A DNA stretch of 64,000 nucleotides from Macrostomum lignano (taxonomy: Eukaryota), in the NCBI GenBank assembly GCA_002269645.1, contig NIVC01000671.1, positions 62,001 to 126,000 of the forward strand, given 5' to 3'. This document shows positions 37,849 to 48,581 of the stretch, piece after piece; position 1 is the first letter of the stretch, and every line of letters starts with the position of its first letter. Made by a program: the position numbers and the translations under genes. Below the pieces are notes generated by a model. That model did not search any database. It saw only the letters and a list, made by a program, of their open reading frames with translations, and was not told the origin of the DNA.

Positions 37849-38645
37849 ATGCTGAAGCTGCTCATTGTCGCCTGCGCCCTCGGCCTGGCCTCGGCCATGC
37901 CCGACCCGTACGTCCTGTACGGTAGGACTGCCAGTCAGGGCCAGTTCCCGTTCGCCGCGTGGCTCGGTTCCTGCTCCGCCTCCATCCTGGACAGCCGCAC
38001 CGTCCTCACCGCCGGTCACTGCGTGTGCCGCTCCAAGCCGACCTCCGTTCTGTTCGGCGCCGTTCAGGGCAACAACCCGGAGTCCGGCTCCCGGAGGTAC
38101 AGCCTGTCTACCAGCCGGCAGGTCATCCACCCGGGCTACACCAGGTGTGGCACCATTGGCAAGTGAGTATTCCACAAAGACGCTGTTTTGCTGGTTAGTT
38201 CTGCCGCTTTAGGTGTTATTGTTTGAACCAGATTCATTGGAAAAATACCGATCTGACCCACAGGGACGACATCGCCATCCTGAAGACCACCTCGGCGATC
38301 TCCTTCACCTCCGTCATCAAGCCCATCACTCTGCACACCTCCGCCACCTCTGTCGGCCAGAGCATCACCATCGCTGGCTACGGCCAAGACGAGAACAGGC
38401 GGTCCGGCGTGCTGAAGTACGCCACTAACACCGTGGCTGCCTGCAGGCGCTTCACTGGTGCCGTCTGCCAGTCGATGAGCCCGAACAGCCCGTACTACGG
38501 TGACAGCGGTGGCCCGCTGTTCATCTCCGTGAGCGGCCAGCCCCGCCAAGTCGGTGTCGTATCCGGCGGTGACTTCACCAACAACCAGGCCATCTACGGC
38601 AACGTATACGGCAGCCTGAGCTTCATCCGCGGGAACATGGGCTGA
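37849..38645 (+). CDS. Secreted S1 serine protease resembling schistosome cercarial elastase, two exons (37849-38162, 38264-38645)
   Basis: Signal peptide MLKLLIVACALGLASA; triad LTAGHCVC / DDIAIL / GDSGGPL; 696 nt in frame across a GTGAGT...CACAG intron. Confidence 0.92.
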
Positions 38646-39599
38646 GCCTATGGTGGAATGTAGTGCAAGTTTTGCTCTAATAAATAGACACGAGTATGAG
38701 TTAGCAGCTCTAAACGCTGCAGGTGCGATCGTATGTGCCGATATTTCCTTATGATTTCTTTTCGAGCATCGGGTCGCATGGTAATAGATGCGGTCGAGTG
38801 TCTGCATGTGCATTTTACATTTAGTATGCATGCGGAATGCTTGGGTTGACAAAAACTTCATAGCCTGGCTCTCAGCTGTCAGCCGCATTCACTGGAATTC
38901 TGCTACCCGCATGCGCATAGGTTTGCCTCTAAGTGTTAGAAGTGAGCTTTCGTTAAATGTCAGGGCAGTGCTGGAGACCGAAAAGCTGGAAAAACCGGAA
39001 CTCGACCGGAACCTTGTTTTGAGCCTGATGATTAGTGCGGATCCAGCCAAGTCACAGTGGTGGCAGCAATAAACAGAACTGAAATGGCTAATCTTCATAT
39101 TGAATGACGGGCTCATCAAACTGTGTATGCAACTTCCGACAGCAGGTGTTCGAATTTACGAATGAATACTTAGTGTTCGGCCATAATTGGGGTCCAGGTT
39201 CGTAGGCAAACTTGTACAACGTAGTCAAAAGTTTTGCTTCCTTCCAATTATCGCATTTTGCAGCCATAAATACCTGTATACTTTTAGCTAAAACCTCAGA
39301 GATTATTTGAAAACAATCTTGAACGGAAGAAACGGCCACTAAACAATGGTAAATAATGTTGCAAATTTTTAAACTATGAAAGTGTCTATCTAAATTTCCA
39401 TCTGCAACATTGAATTTTATTAATTGAGTGATCAATCTATTGATAGCACTGCTAAAACATAGAAGGCGTCATATGGCTACACTCCTCCTTTTTTAGTTTT
39501 ACTGTCCAGCGGCAGGATAATGATTAATAAAAAGGAATGCTGTTTTCAGACAGCAATTTTGTCACAATAACCACTTATTGAGTAATAACACTTTCACAT

Positions 39600-42500
39600 C
39601 ACATAGGTTGTCCCAGTTGATCGTATTTCAGTCTGTCAGGCGGTTGTCTATGGCGTTTGGGATACTGGTTATTGGTGACTGGCCGCGATGCTGCCATCGA
39701 CTCAGTCTCACTGGTCTCCTTGGCATCTTGCAGTTCAGTAGCCGGCTGCGCTATTTGATGATGTGTCTCGCCGGTTTCTGGGATCCTGGGTTTCGTCTGT
39801 CCAATGTGCTTTCTTAACACTTTTCCATCTTCTTCGACGTTGACAATGACTTTTCCTTCAGATCCGATAATCACGCCAGGGGCCCATTCTTGCTGTGATC
39901 GTTGTAGACTCTGGCCCACACAGGTTGTCTCGCTAGTTGAATGATCGGGCAGCGCAGTAGATGTCCTCTCATGAGTTCAGCTGGCGCTTGACCTGTTGTG
40001 GAGTGCTTTGCGTTTCGATACTGCAGCAAAAACCTGTCGATACTGGCTTGCATGTCGCTCGAATCTTGTGCTGCACGAAGATGGTTTTTAAGGTCCCGAA
40101 CGAATCTCTCGGCGATCCCATTTGAGCGAGGATGATATGGAGGTGTCAGGAGATGTTTGCAACCGATCCCTCGGAGCCAGCTTTCCATCTCCTTTGAGAC
40201 TAGCTGGGGTCCGTTATCCGAAACGAGGACAGGTGGCACACCCTCTTGTGCGAAAGTGCGCCGGAGTTGACGGATTGTGTCCTCCGTAGTGATTGAGTTC
40301 ATCAGGTGGACTTCGGCCCACTTGCTGTAGGCGTCGATCATGATGAGACAGAACTTCCCATTCTTGAAGGGGCCGGCAAAGTCTATGTGAACCCGGCTCC
40401 ACTTCTCTGTCTCCTGAGGCCAGGAGGTCCACCCGCCTACTGAATAATCCTTTTGCGTCTGACAGTTTTTACACGTCTTTGCCTGGAGTTCGATTTCCTT
40501 ATCGATTGAAGGCCACCACACACACTGTCGGGCGATAGATTTCATCTTATCAGCACCCAGGTGTCCATAATTGTGCAGGGTCCTCAGTACGTAGCTCCGT
40601 AGCGTATCTGGTACCACAATTCGAAGTCCTCTGAACAGGATTCCGCTCTCGATAGACAGTTCCTCTTGTATCCTGGAATACTCCCGTACCATAGCTCTAC
40701 CAATTCTAGTCCATCCATACTTCACCTGTGCGAAAACTTTCCGCATCAGTGGATCTTTCAGAGACTCCTGTCAAACCTTTTCTTTGTCAATTGGGAAATC
40801 CAAAATGGTGTCTTGAACAGAACTCACGTCAAATTGTTCTGATTCAGTGTGCGTTGACTTCAGCCTTGATAGAGCGTCGGCGACCGGGATCTCTTCCGAG
40901 CGGCGGCACTCGACTTTATAGTTGTACTGCATGAGAGCAATAGCCCATCGCTGAATCCGGGTTGAAGCCAAACTGGTGATGCTTTTTGACGGATCGAATA
41001 TGAATTTCAACGGATGATGGTCTGTCACCAGTGTGAACTTGCGTCCGTACAGGTATTTGTGGAGGCGCTTAACGGCCCAGATGATAGCTAAGGCCTCCCG
41101 TAGTTTCTCTCAGTCTTGCTCAGAGTTTTTGAGATGAAGAGTACAGGTCCATTAGATTGCTCAAGCACAGCCCCGATTCCATATGGGGATGCGTCGGTGG
41201 TAAGCCTGGTCACCGGGTCACAAGGGTCGAACGGCTTTATTACTTTCGATTTAAGGATATTATTCTTGATTTTGTTCAAGGCAGATTGCTCTTGCACGTC
41301 CCAATGCCACTTCTCGTCCTGTCGGATTAACTTTGCCAACGGTTCCTTTATGGTAGCGAGGCTCTGGATGAACCTGCAGTAGAACTCGGAAGTCCCAGGA
41401 AAGATCGAAGTTCCTTTGGAGACGTTGGTTCTTTTAGTCCTCTAATGACGTCCATCTTGTCAATGGCTGGGCATATTCCCTCTTCGGTGATATCCAAACC
41501 CGGGAATTTCACTCGCTTACTCTTGATAAAACTTTTCTGGTAGTTGACCTCTACGTTGTTCTCTTTCAGGATGCTTTTTACAGTCTCCAGCTGGTCGTCG
41601 TGCTCGCGCTCTTTTCGGCCAAAAATCAGGATGTCGTCCTGGTAGCTAACGGCATTTTTCTGCGACGCTAGCAACTTGTCCATATAGTTTTGGAATATGG
41701 CCGGTGCCTGTTTGACCCCCTAAGACAACGACTGGGGCTTGTGAGTCCAAATGGCGTGCTCAGTGTTAGAACACTCGCCGATGCCTTGTCCACAGGAAGC
41801 TGCAGATAAGCATTCGTTAGATCCAGGACAGAAAAGGTCTTGGCTCCTCCAAGTTGGCTCAACACGTTCTCGATGCTCGGTGTAGTGGAGATCATGTCGC
41901 ACAACGATCTGTTAACCGTAACTTTATAATCACCACACAGCCTGATCTTACCATTCTGCTTTCTGACAACGACGATAGGTGTAGCCCAGTCACTCTGATT
42001 CACCTTCCGCAGGACTCCATCATTCACGAGCTTATCCAGTTCTTCCTTCACACTGTCTCGAAGACCGTACGGTCTGGGCTTGAGGAACACGGGTATTGTT
42101 CCCTCCCTCAAAGTTAGATGAGCTTGGTTTTGCTTCACCCGATAGATTTTCAGACCAGGTTTCAAAAAAGCATGCATCCACTGCAGTCCATAGATGTTGG
42201 GAGCATCTGACTTGTCCACAATATATACTGGTAGTTTCTTAGAGTTGCCATCGTATTTCACAGTGACCATTGCCTCGCCTAGAATTGGAACAGCATGACC
42301 TTGGAACTCATTGGGTCTCTTGTTCGTCGGCAATACTTCGGGGATGACTGACAGGCACTCGAATGTTAGTTTTCGATATGAGAGAGACATCCGCTCCCGT
42401 GTCGAACACCATATCAACTGTAGTTCCGTTTATGCAGACTTCACGGGCGATCCTTTGCCGGGATGATAGCGAAAAAATCTGACCGTGCTGTTCTCCATCC

Positions 42501-42600
42501 TCTGCTTCACCATCGAGTAAAGGATCTTGCTGCAGGAGTCGAACTCTTGATGTTGCTCGGCGTCCACTTGTTTGGGACTTTGCGGCTTTACACACCGCTT
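39600..42600 (-). CDS. pol: Pol (protease, RT, RNase H, integrase) broken by several frameshifts
   Basis: FDTGADVS (protease); WATPIVVVRKQNGKIRLCGDYK and YQDDILIFG (RT); LTTDASPYGIGAVL (RNase H); RVHIDFAGPF, VSDNGPQL and HPRSNGIAERFVR (integrase). Confidence 0.88.
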
Positions 42601-43323
42601 TCAGATGACCTGCTTTGCCACAGCTGTCGCATGTGAGCGCTTTGTGTCGACACTCAGTTTTGGTGTGTCCAGGTTTTCCGCAGCAGAAGCATGTGCCTTA
42701 CCCTGGTTTCGTTCGGCCGGCGCCTTTGCGTAGCGCTTCCACGACTCTCTCGTGTGCTGAGGTCGGCTGCTTTTTTGTCGCATGTGCAGAACATTTGAGC
42801 CGCTCATGTCCATCTCTCCTCTTTGGACAGCCTCGCACGCTGCGGCGACAGCAGTGACATTCTCCCAGGTGAGATCCTTTAACTTCTCGGAGAGTAGTTT
42901 TCTTAGGATTTCCTTGCTCTTTAGGCCGAATATGAACTGGTCACGGAGTCGGTCCGAGTTATCGGCGAACTCGCAGTCCTCTGCTAGCTGCTTTAGCCTG
43001 CGACTGTAGGTCAGGATGTCTTCGCTGCTTTCTTGCTTCGCCTTGTGAAACTCGTATCTGCAGGCGATTACTGATTTCTCGCCTTTCACTTCTTTTTTAA
43101 TTAGCAGCACCAAATCATCAAATGATTTTGTTTCCACTGTAGCAGGTAGTGTTGCATCTGCAAGAAGGTTGAACATCCTCTTGCCGATTAGAGCCAGGAA
43201 GGCGTCTCGTTTATTGTCGTCCTTCCAGCCGTTAAGTTTGGCACTGATCTCGAAGCGCTGGATCGATCTATTTGGGTCCTCGCCGTCTTCCAGTGGTTCG
43301 ATGGTTGGTAGCCTCGTCGCCAT
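42601..43323 (-). CDS. gag: Gag protein of the Mag-like element
   Basis: MATRLPTIEP...RYEFHKAKQESSEDILTYSRRLKQLAEDCEF...RLRDQFIFGL; a CCHC knuckle follows in a shifted frame. Confidence 0.85.
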   Translation of the reverse strand: MATRLPTIEPLEDGEDPNRSIQRFEISAKLNGWKDDNKRDAFLALIGKRMFNLLADATLPATVETKSFDDLVLLIKKEVKGEKSVIACRYEFHKAKQESSEDILTYSRRLKQLAEDCEFADNSDRLRDQFIFGLKSKEILRKLLSEKLKDLTWENVTAVAAACEAVQRGEMDMSGSNVLHMRQKSSRPQHTRESWKRYAKAPAERNQGKAHASAAENLDTPKLSVDTKRSHATAVAKQVI

Positions 43324-43741
43324 TGTTAGTCTTCTTATCCAATTGGGTAACTTAGGAAACCAAATGCTGCTTTGGGGATTTGAGATTTCAGCTCTCTCTA
43401 TAGAGCGTGCAACCAAATTCTTACGAGCGTATATTATCTGCGGCTCTCTTTAGTCATTGCAGTTTAAAACATAACAATTACAGGATTGTGTTTCCATAGA
43501 CAGCATCAATCTATTGATAGCACTGCTAAAACATAGAAGGCTTCATATGGCTACAGGAATGAAATAGGACCAAGCATATGAAGAGGTAACCGAGCTATTG
43601 CCAAGAAACATATTGCAATATTTGGGCGTTAAAACAAGGATGATGAAAATGTTCACTCAACCATGCCTGCGAACAGCATGAAAAAACCAGAATCCGGCAA
43701 TATTTAATAGCAATATTAGTTGTGAAATCAGCAGTCAGACA

Positions 43742-44075
43742 GCAGGATGCGACAAGGATGTTGTCTGCAGCGGGATGCGACAAGGATGTTTCCTGCAGTG
43801 GGATGCGACAAGGATGTTGTCTGCAGCGGGATGCGACAAGGATGTTTCCTGCAGTCGGATGCGACAAGGATGTTGTCTGCAGCGGGATGCGACAAGGATG
43901 TTTCCTGCAGTCGGATGCGACAAGGATGTTGTCTGCAGTGGGATTCGACAAGGATGTTTCCTGCAGTGGGATGCGACAAGGATGTTGTCTGCAGCGGGAT
44001 GCGACAAGGATGTTTCCTGCAGTGGGATGCGACAAGGATGTTGTCTGCAGCGGGATGCGACAAGGATGTTATCTG
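43742..44075 (+). repeat. 28-bp satellite with alternating A/B variants (56-bp higher-order repeat)
   Basis: GCGACAAGGATGTTGTCTGCAG... alternates with GCGACAAGGATGTTTCCTGCAG... over ~12 units. Confidence 0.93.
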
Positions 44076-44791
44076 CAGAGGACCAGCTAGCCTGCATGCA
44101 AACACAGTACAGCACGGCACAAGACGGCACAAAGAACACAAAACCCCCAAAAGCAGCGCAACAGCACCAACAGACATCAGACAGACAATACTCTAACCGT
44201 TCCCCTTACCAATCCCCCCTAGCAGCGGCTCTCGGTGCGTCTCTTCTGAGCGCACAGATTGAAGATGGCAGAAAGAAACTTGCATGGCTGGCTTGCAAAT
44301 AACTCGAAACGAACCTAGTGGTCACGGTCAGTACAGCCACCGCTTTAGAGGACTGAGACTGGGAGCCCCCCCCCCCAACTGTCTTCTAACAGGTCCAGTT
44401 TGATGTCAGCAAGTTCCTCACTTGGCGACTGACCTGGCTGCGAGTGGTCCAAATCGGTACTCCAGACCTGCTGCTTGAACTCGACCTCCTCACTGTCTTG
44501 CCACAGCTCTCGTCGACTTCTGAGACTGACTGACCGAACTCGAAACCCTCCCTAGAGGGGGGCGTAGCCAAGTGGTCTAGCACGACGCTCTTACCGGTAT
44601 GTGCTAGCAGCATACGTTCGCTTTGGGTCTGTTCGTGCAATTAACACCCTTGAAGGCCAACCCTCAAGGCAGAGTGAAGTGCACATGCCTGACGATAAAT
44701 AAAGTTAGGGCCGCTGTACGTGCTGTGTGTGTCTGTGCGAATAACTGCGTACGTATCCGCGCCCTTGTGTGCCTGCTCAGGGGAGCCGGCG

Positions 44792-44946
44792 AGTAGTAGA
44801 GGATAACACAACTCTGCCGCAGGGAAAGCCACGGAAATTCCGTGGGCCCGGATCAGAAGGGCGCCTATGTGTTTGCATAGCTCAACTCTGCCGCAGGCAA
44901 AGCCATGGGAATTCCTTAGACTCCTAATGAGAGTACATAGGCACCT
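44792..44946 (+). repeat. Left TIR of the Polinton
   Basis: Reverse complement of 60629-60783; contains an internal duplication CAACTCTGCCGCAGG(G/C)AAAGCCA near 44810 and 44883. Confidence 0.97.
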
Positions 44947-45087
44947 GTGTCCCATAGGGGTAATGTGAATACATAGCCGCATGTGTTTACATAGGAGATA
45001 TTTGTATATAAACCAGAAAATTTGTTTTCACAAATAATAAAAAAATTTGAAATTCTCGCTCCGTTACATCGTAATAACTAATTAATA

Positions 45088-45831
45088 ATGGTCGATATTG
45101 GAGAAGGCTACAAACTTCAAGTACAAGAGTATGAAGGAGTACAGTTTATTGCGATTCGGAAATTTTATCGACATGGCAGCACAGCAAGTTTAAAACCCGG
45201 CGTTCCCGGATTTAACCTCAACATCCGACAATGGGAGAAGTTGAAAGAACTGAAGCGAACTCTCGTGAAGGCGGCCCTAGGCGGGCAACAGAGGATCATC
45301 AAACTCGGTTTTGATAAGTTTGTTGAGGTTAAGAACGGCATCATCTGGCTAAGACGGCTTCCAGAAGATTGCTGCGAAGAATTTTTGAAGCGAAACACTG
45401 TGGCCTTGGCACCAGCTCTGTGGCGAAAACTGTGGGAGCAGGCTGCATGGATCGACGAGCAGCTGTCTGCCCCACGCCAAATTTCTGATGTGTATGAGCT
45501 GGAGTCGGGATCTTCGAGCGAGAGAAACGGTGATGATGATGACAACAGCAACAAGGACGACACCATGCGGCTTGCGAAGACTGAGGATGAGGGCGTCCAA
45601 TCAAGCACTCTACGCATCGACGATGAAGTGGTCACATCAACGCCTCTACCGGTGACAAGTGCTGCAGCTGGCTTTATCCCAAAGCAGGATTCGGATTTGC
45701 TGCAGGACCCAGTCTGGTATCGCTTCCGGGCTGAAGCAGCTGCGGTCGAGAACATCAGGAAGCGCAAGCAACCATATCCGCTGCGCAGGCAGAATGCCAT
45801 GAGACTGCGCCTCAATGAGGATGAGGAGTGA
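45088..45831 (+). CDS. Tandem PC4/SUB1-like ssDNA-binding protein with acidic tail
   Basis: Repeat 1 VQEYEGVQFIAIRKFY...LKPGVPGFNLNIRQWEKLKE and repeat 2 IKLGFDKFVEV...VALAPALWRKLWEQAAWIDEQL both follow the PC4 pattern (...[25 protein letters not shown]). Confidence 0.75.
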   Translation: MVDIGEGYKLQVQEYEGVQFIAIRKFYRHGSTASLKPGVPGFNLNIRQWEKLKELKRTLVKAALGGQQRIIKLGFDKFVEVKNGIIWLRRLPEDCCEEFLKRNTVALAPALWRKLWEQAAWIDEQLSAPRQISDVYELESGSSSERNGDDDDNSNKDDTMRLAKTEDEGVQSSTLRIDDEVVTSTPLPVTSAAAGFIPKQDSDLLQDPVWYRFRAEAAAVENIRKRKQPYPLRRQNAMRLRLNEDEE

Positions 45832-46277
45832 AGAAGAAGAATAAGAAGTGCTTTGAAGAACTTTGGTGACTGGTGACATACTTAAATTGGCTCATTTAAC
45901 AATTTCTATAATTAACATTGCTCATTTATCCAGAAAACTTAATTAAGTCTCTCCATTTAAGAAAATCATGCAACTTATTGTTTCTTATCCGCTAAAAAAT
46001 ATAAAAGCTTCTTTTCATAAAAAAATTGTTTTCCTTTGTTCTTGTGCTTAAGAAAAAATTAGACTGTTGACTTTTGTTTCTTGAGAAAATGGAAAAAATT
46101 TACTTTGCTCCTGGCCAACCAGCTAGTGTTTCAATTTGCTCAAAGCTGCTGCATCAAGTTGGAGAAGAGGGTGGGCATAAAAATTGAAAGAGCATTGAAC
46201 AGTGGCTCAATGAGCAAACCGCGAAAAGAACTTAAAAAAAATTGTTTTGCAGGCTTTCATTCAGCTTGATTTTGATA

Positions 46278-47348
46278 ATGGAAAAGATCTACTACAACCC
46301 TGCTCAGCCTGCCAGTTTCTCGGGTGTCTCAAAGCTTCTGCACGAGCTCAAGAAAACACAGGATAATCGTGAATCTAAAAAGAGCATCGGACAATGGCTG
46401 ACTGAGCAGCCTGTGTACACACTGCACAAGCAAGCTAGGAGACGCTATCCTATGGCACCAATCATTGTTAGGGCTATTGATGATCAGTGGGAACTTGACC
46501 TGGTTGAGATGATACCATTTGCAAAATACAATAACGGCTACAAGTATATTCTCACATGTATAGATGTCCTCTCTAAATCTGGTTGGGCCAGGCCTCTAAA
46601 AAACAAATCAGCTGCGGAAGTCAAGTTCGCATTCGAGAGTATCCTGAGGTGCTCAAAGCGCCAGCCACGCACAGTCCGCACGGATCAAGGAAAAGAGTTC
46701 ATCAATACAAATTTTCGGGAGCTCTGTATAAGCAAGGGAATTTTGGCATTCCCCACTAATAGTGAGCAAAAAGCAGCCATCATAGAGAGGTGGAATAGAA
46801 CTTTGAAAAACAAAATGTGGCGATATTTCACCCACAAGAGCACTTTGCATTGGGTTGATGTGTTGCCAAAGCTGGTCAAGTCGTACAACAACACTTACCA
46901 CAGAAGCATCAAAATGGCACCGACTAGCGTATGCAAAGAGAATGAGACTGAGGTCTGGATGAACCTTTACAATGGAAGAGCCATTGAGACTGTAAATAAG
47001 CCAAAGAAGCCCAAATTCAGTGAAAAGCAGTCAGTGAGAATTTCCAATGCACCCAGGCTATTCCACAAAGGATACAAGGCCAACTGGAGTGAGGAGGTGT
47101 ACACTGTAGTATGTAGGGCACCGAAGCACTATCCGTACATGTACAAGATTAGGGACATAAAGGGTGAGGAGATCCGGGGTCTCTTTCATGAGCATGAGCT
47201 GCAGGCGGTGCCGGACTCACAGCGACTGTATGTGATTGAGAAGATTCTGAAAACGGAGAAGCGGAAGGGAAAAATTCGCTATCTGGTGAAGTGGGCCGGC
47301 TACGACTCGACAGGCTGGGTGGATGAAAAAGACTTAAGAAAGGTTTAG
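46278..47348 (+). CDS. Retroviral-like integrase with C-terminal chromodomain
   Basis: YYNPAQPASFSG, WELDLVEM, LTCIDVLSK, VRTDQGKEF, AAIIERWNRTLK; chromodomain YVIEKIL...YLVKWAGY...WV. ORF intact. Confidence 0.96.
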   Translation: MEKIYYNPAQPASFSGVSKLLHELKKTQDNRESKKSIGQWLTEQPVYTLHKQARRRYPMAPIIVRAIDDQWELDLVEMIPFAKYNNGYKYILTCIDVLSKSGWARPLKNKSAAEVKFAFESILRCSKRQPRTVRTDQGKEFINTNFRELCISKGILAFPTNSEQKAAIIERWNRTLKNKMWRYFTHKSTLHWVDVLPKLVKSYNNTYHRSIKMAPTSVCKENETEVWMNLYNGRAIETVNKPKKPKFSEKQSVRISNAPRLFHKGYKANWSEEVYTVVCRAPKHYPYMYKIRDIKGEEIRGLFHEHELQAVPDSQRLYVIEKILKTEKRKGKIRYLVKWAGYDSTGWVDEKDLRKV

Positions 47349-47385
47349 CTTTTGCGCATCTCTTCTCATGAGGTTTAACATTATA

Positions 47386-48194
47386 ATGCGAACTATTTTG
47401 ATTAACAGTGAGCATGCTGAAGGTACTCCTAGTGACTTTAATTTTTACCTGTCTTCACCTATTTACTTGGATCGAAATGTGGACTATGAGGCAGGTCTGG
47501 CTGAAATCCATCTGCCTGCTGCATGGTTCAATGTTGACGAGCCTTACTGCTTCACTGTCTCAGATGGAAGAGAGCATGAGGCCCTGGTTCTTCAACCCGG
47601 ACGCTTTGCTAGAGTGGAGGAGCTGGTGGAGCGTTTGAATCAGCTGCTGGCCAACTCTGATTCGCTATTCTTTGATGCAATGAGTGACAGGGAGTCTGAG
47701 ATGGAGGCTGATGAGTCCGGCCTGATGGGGCGTAGTGGCAACAGGGAATTCGGTATGAAGTTCGAAATCCGCAACTCACGAACTGTGGTGCACAACAACA
47801 CTGCGAGAGCAGAGATGTTTCTCCATCCAGCAAAATTCTGCATTGGCTGGGATTTGGAAACCAGGCTGTGAAAATCCAGCCAGGGAGCCGCGTGTCCGAG
47901 CACTGCATTGGCTGCCCGCGCACCAGCTTAATCAATGTGCACTGCAGTATCGTTGAGTCAACTAATTGCAACTTGGGCTCCCTGTTGAGAACAGTTGGAA
48001 TGAAAGCCGGCATTGAATGGGGCAACTATCAAACAAAAATATTTAAGAAAACAATATTCTTCCCGATTCAACGAATCAGTCTTCTTCACAGCATTCGAGT
48101 TCAGCTGCGTGACATCTATGGTTGCCCACTGATTGCCCAGACACTCAGCCCTGTTCTGCTCACAGTTCAGATTCGGGAGAAACGCATACAATGA
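47386..48194 (+). CDS. Minor capsid protein (penton, single jelly roll); one frameshift near 47829
   Basis: TPSDFNFYLSSPIYL...YEAGLAEIHLPAAWFNV and C-terminal INVHCSIVES...LLRTV...IRVQLRDIYG. One added base restores LHWLGF. Confidence 0.85.
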
Positions 48195-48579
48195 ACTACC
48201 AGCAGCTGATCCAGCAATATTCGGGGTGAGGACAGGACACGAAAAGCCTGCACTCTATGGCTGTGGGAGCTTTCCGGGGATCATGACATACCAGCCTCCG
48301 CCAGCGGCTACATCATCATTCTCAACGCATAGCAATGTCAGGCGCAAAAGAAATACTGAAGCAAGTCCGAAACGATTGAAGAAGAAGAAGTACACCCGAA
48401 AGGCAACTGGTAGAGATCGCACCAATAAGAGGTGCAATGAAAGAAATCCGAGCAAGGCTAGTAGGAAAAAGCTTAAGAATAGGAAGACGAAAGCAAAGAA
48501 GAATGCAGCAGGCGGAGGAAAGCGAAAGCGAAAAGTCAGCAAGAAAACTGTGAAACGCGTGCTCGACTCTCTGTCATAG
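48191..48579 (+). CDS. Small Lys/Arg-rich core-like protein; one frameshift near 48225
   Basis: ATG overlaps the penton stop (ATGA). Reconstructed MNYQQLIQQYSGVRTGHEKPALYGCGS... followed by a very basic tail; lies between the two capsid genes. Confidence 0.6.
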
Positions 48580-48581
48580 AC

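Larger units (their letters stand above)
39431..43555 (-). mobile_element. Ty3/Gypsy LTR retrotransposon (Mag-like), frameshifted, 3' LTR truncated
   Basis: 5' LTR 43555-43324 (TGT...ACA); PBS TGGCGACGAGG (tRNA-Ser-like) 43322-43312; PPT AAAAAAGGAGGAG at ~39494-39482; 3' LTR matches only 39481-39431; order gag-PR-RT-RH-INT. Confidence 0.93.

Noticed and set aside
44340-44545. Codon-biased stretch that might be an exon (minus strand RELWQDSEEVEFKQQVW...)
   Set aside because: No recognisable family, and strand and splice sites cannot be fixed.
44556-44640. tRNA gene or tRNA-derived SINE head (GGGGGCGTAGCCAAGTGGT)
   Set aside because: An A-box-like start is present, but there is no cloverleaf or proper B-box.
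44641-44982. ORF duplicated at 60626-60826
   Set aside because: Shared peptide comes from reading through the two TIRs.
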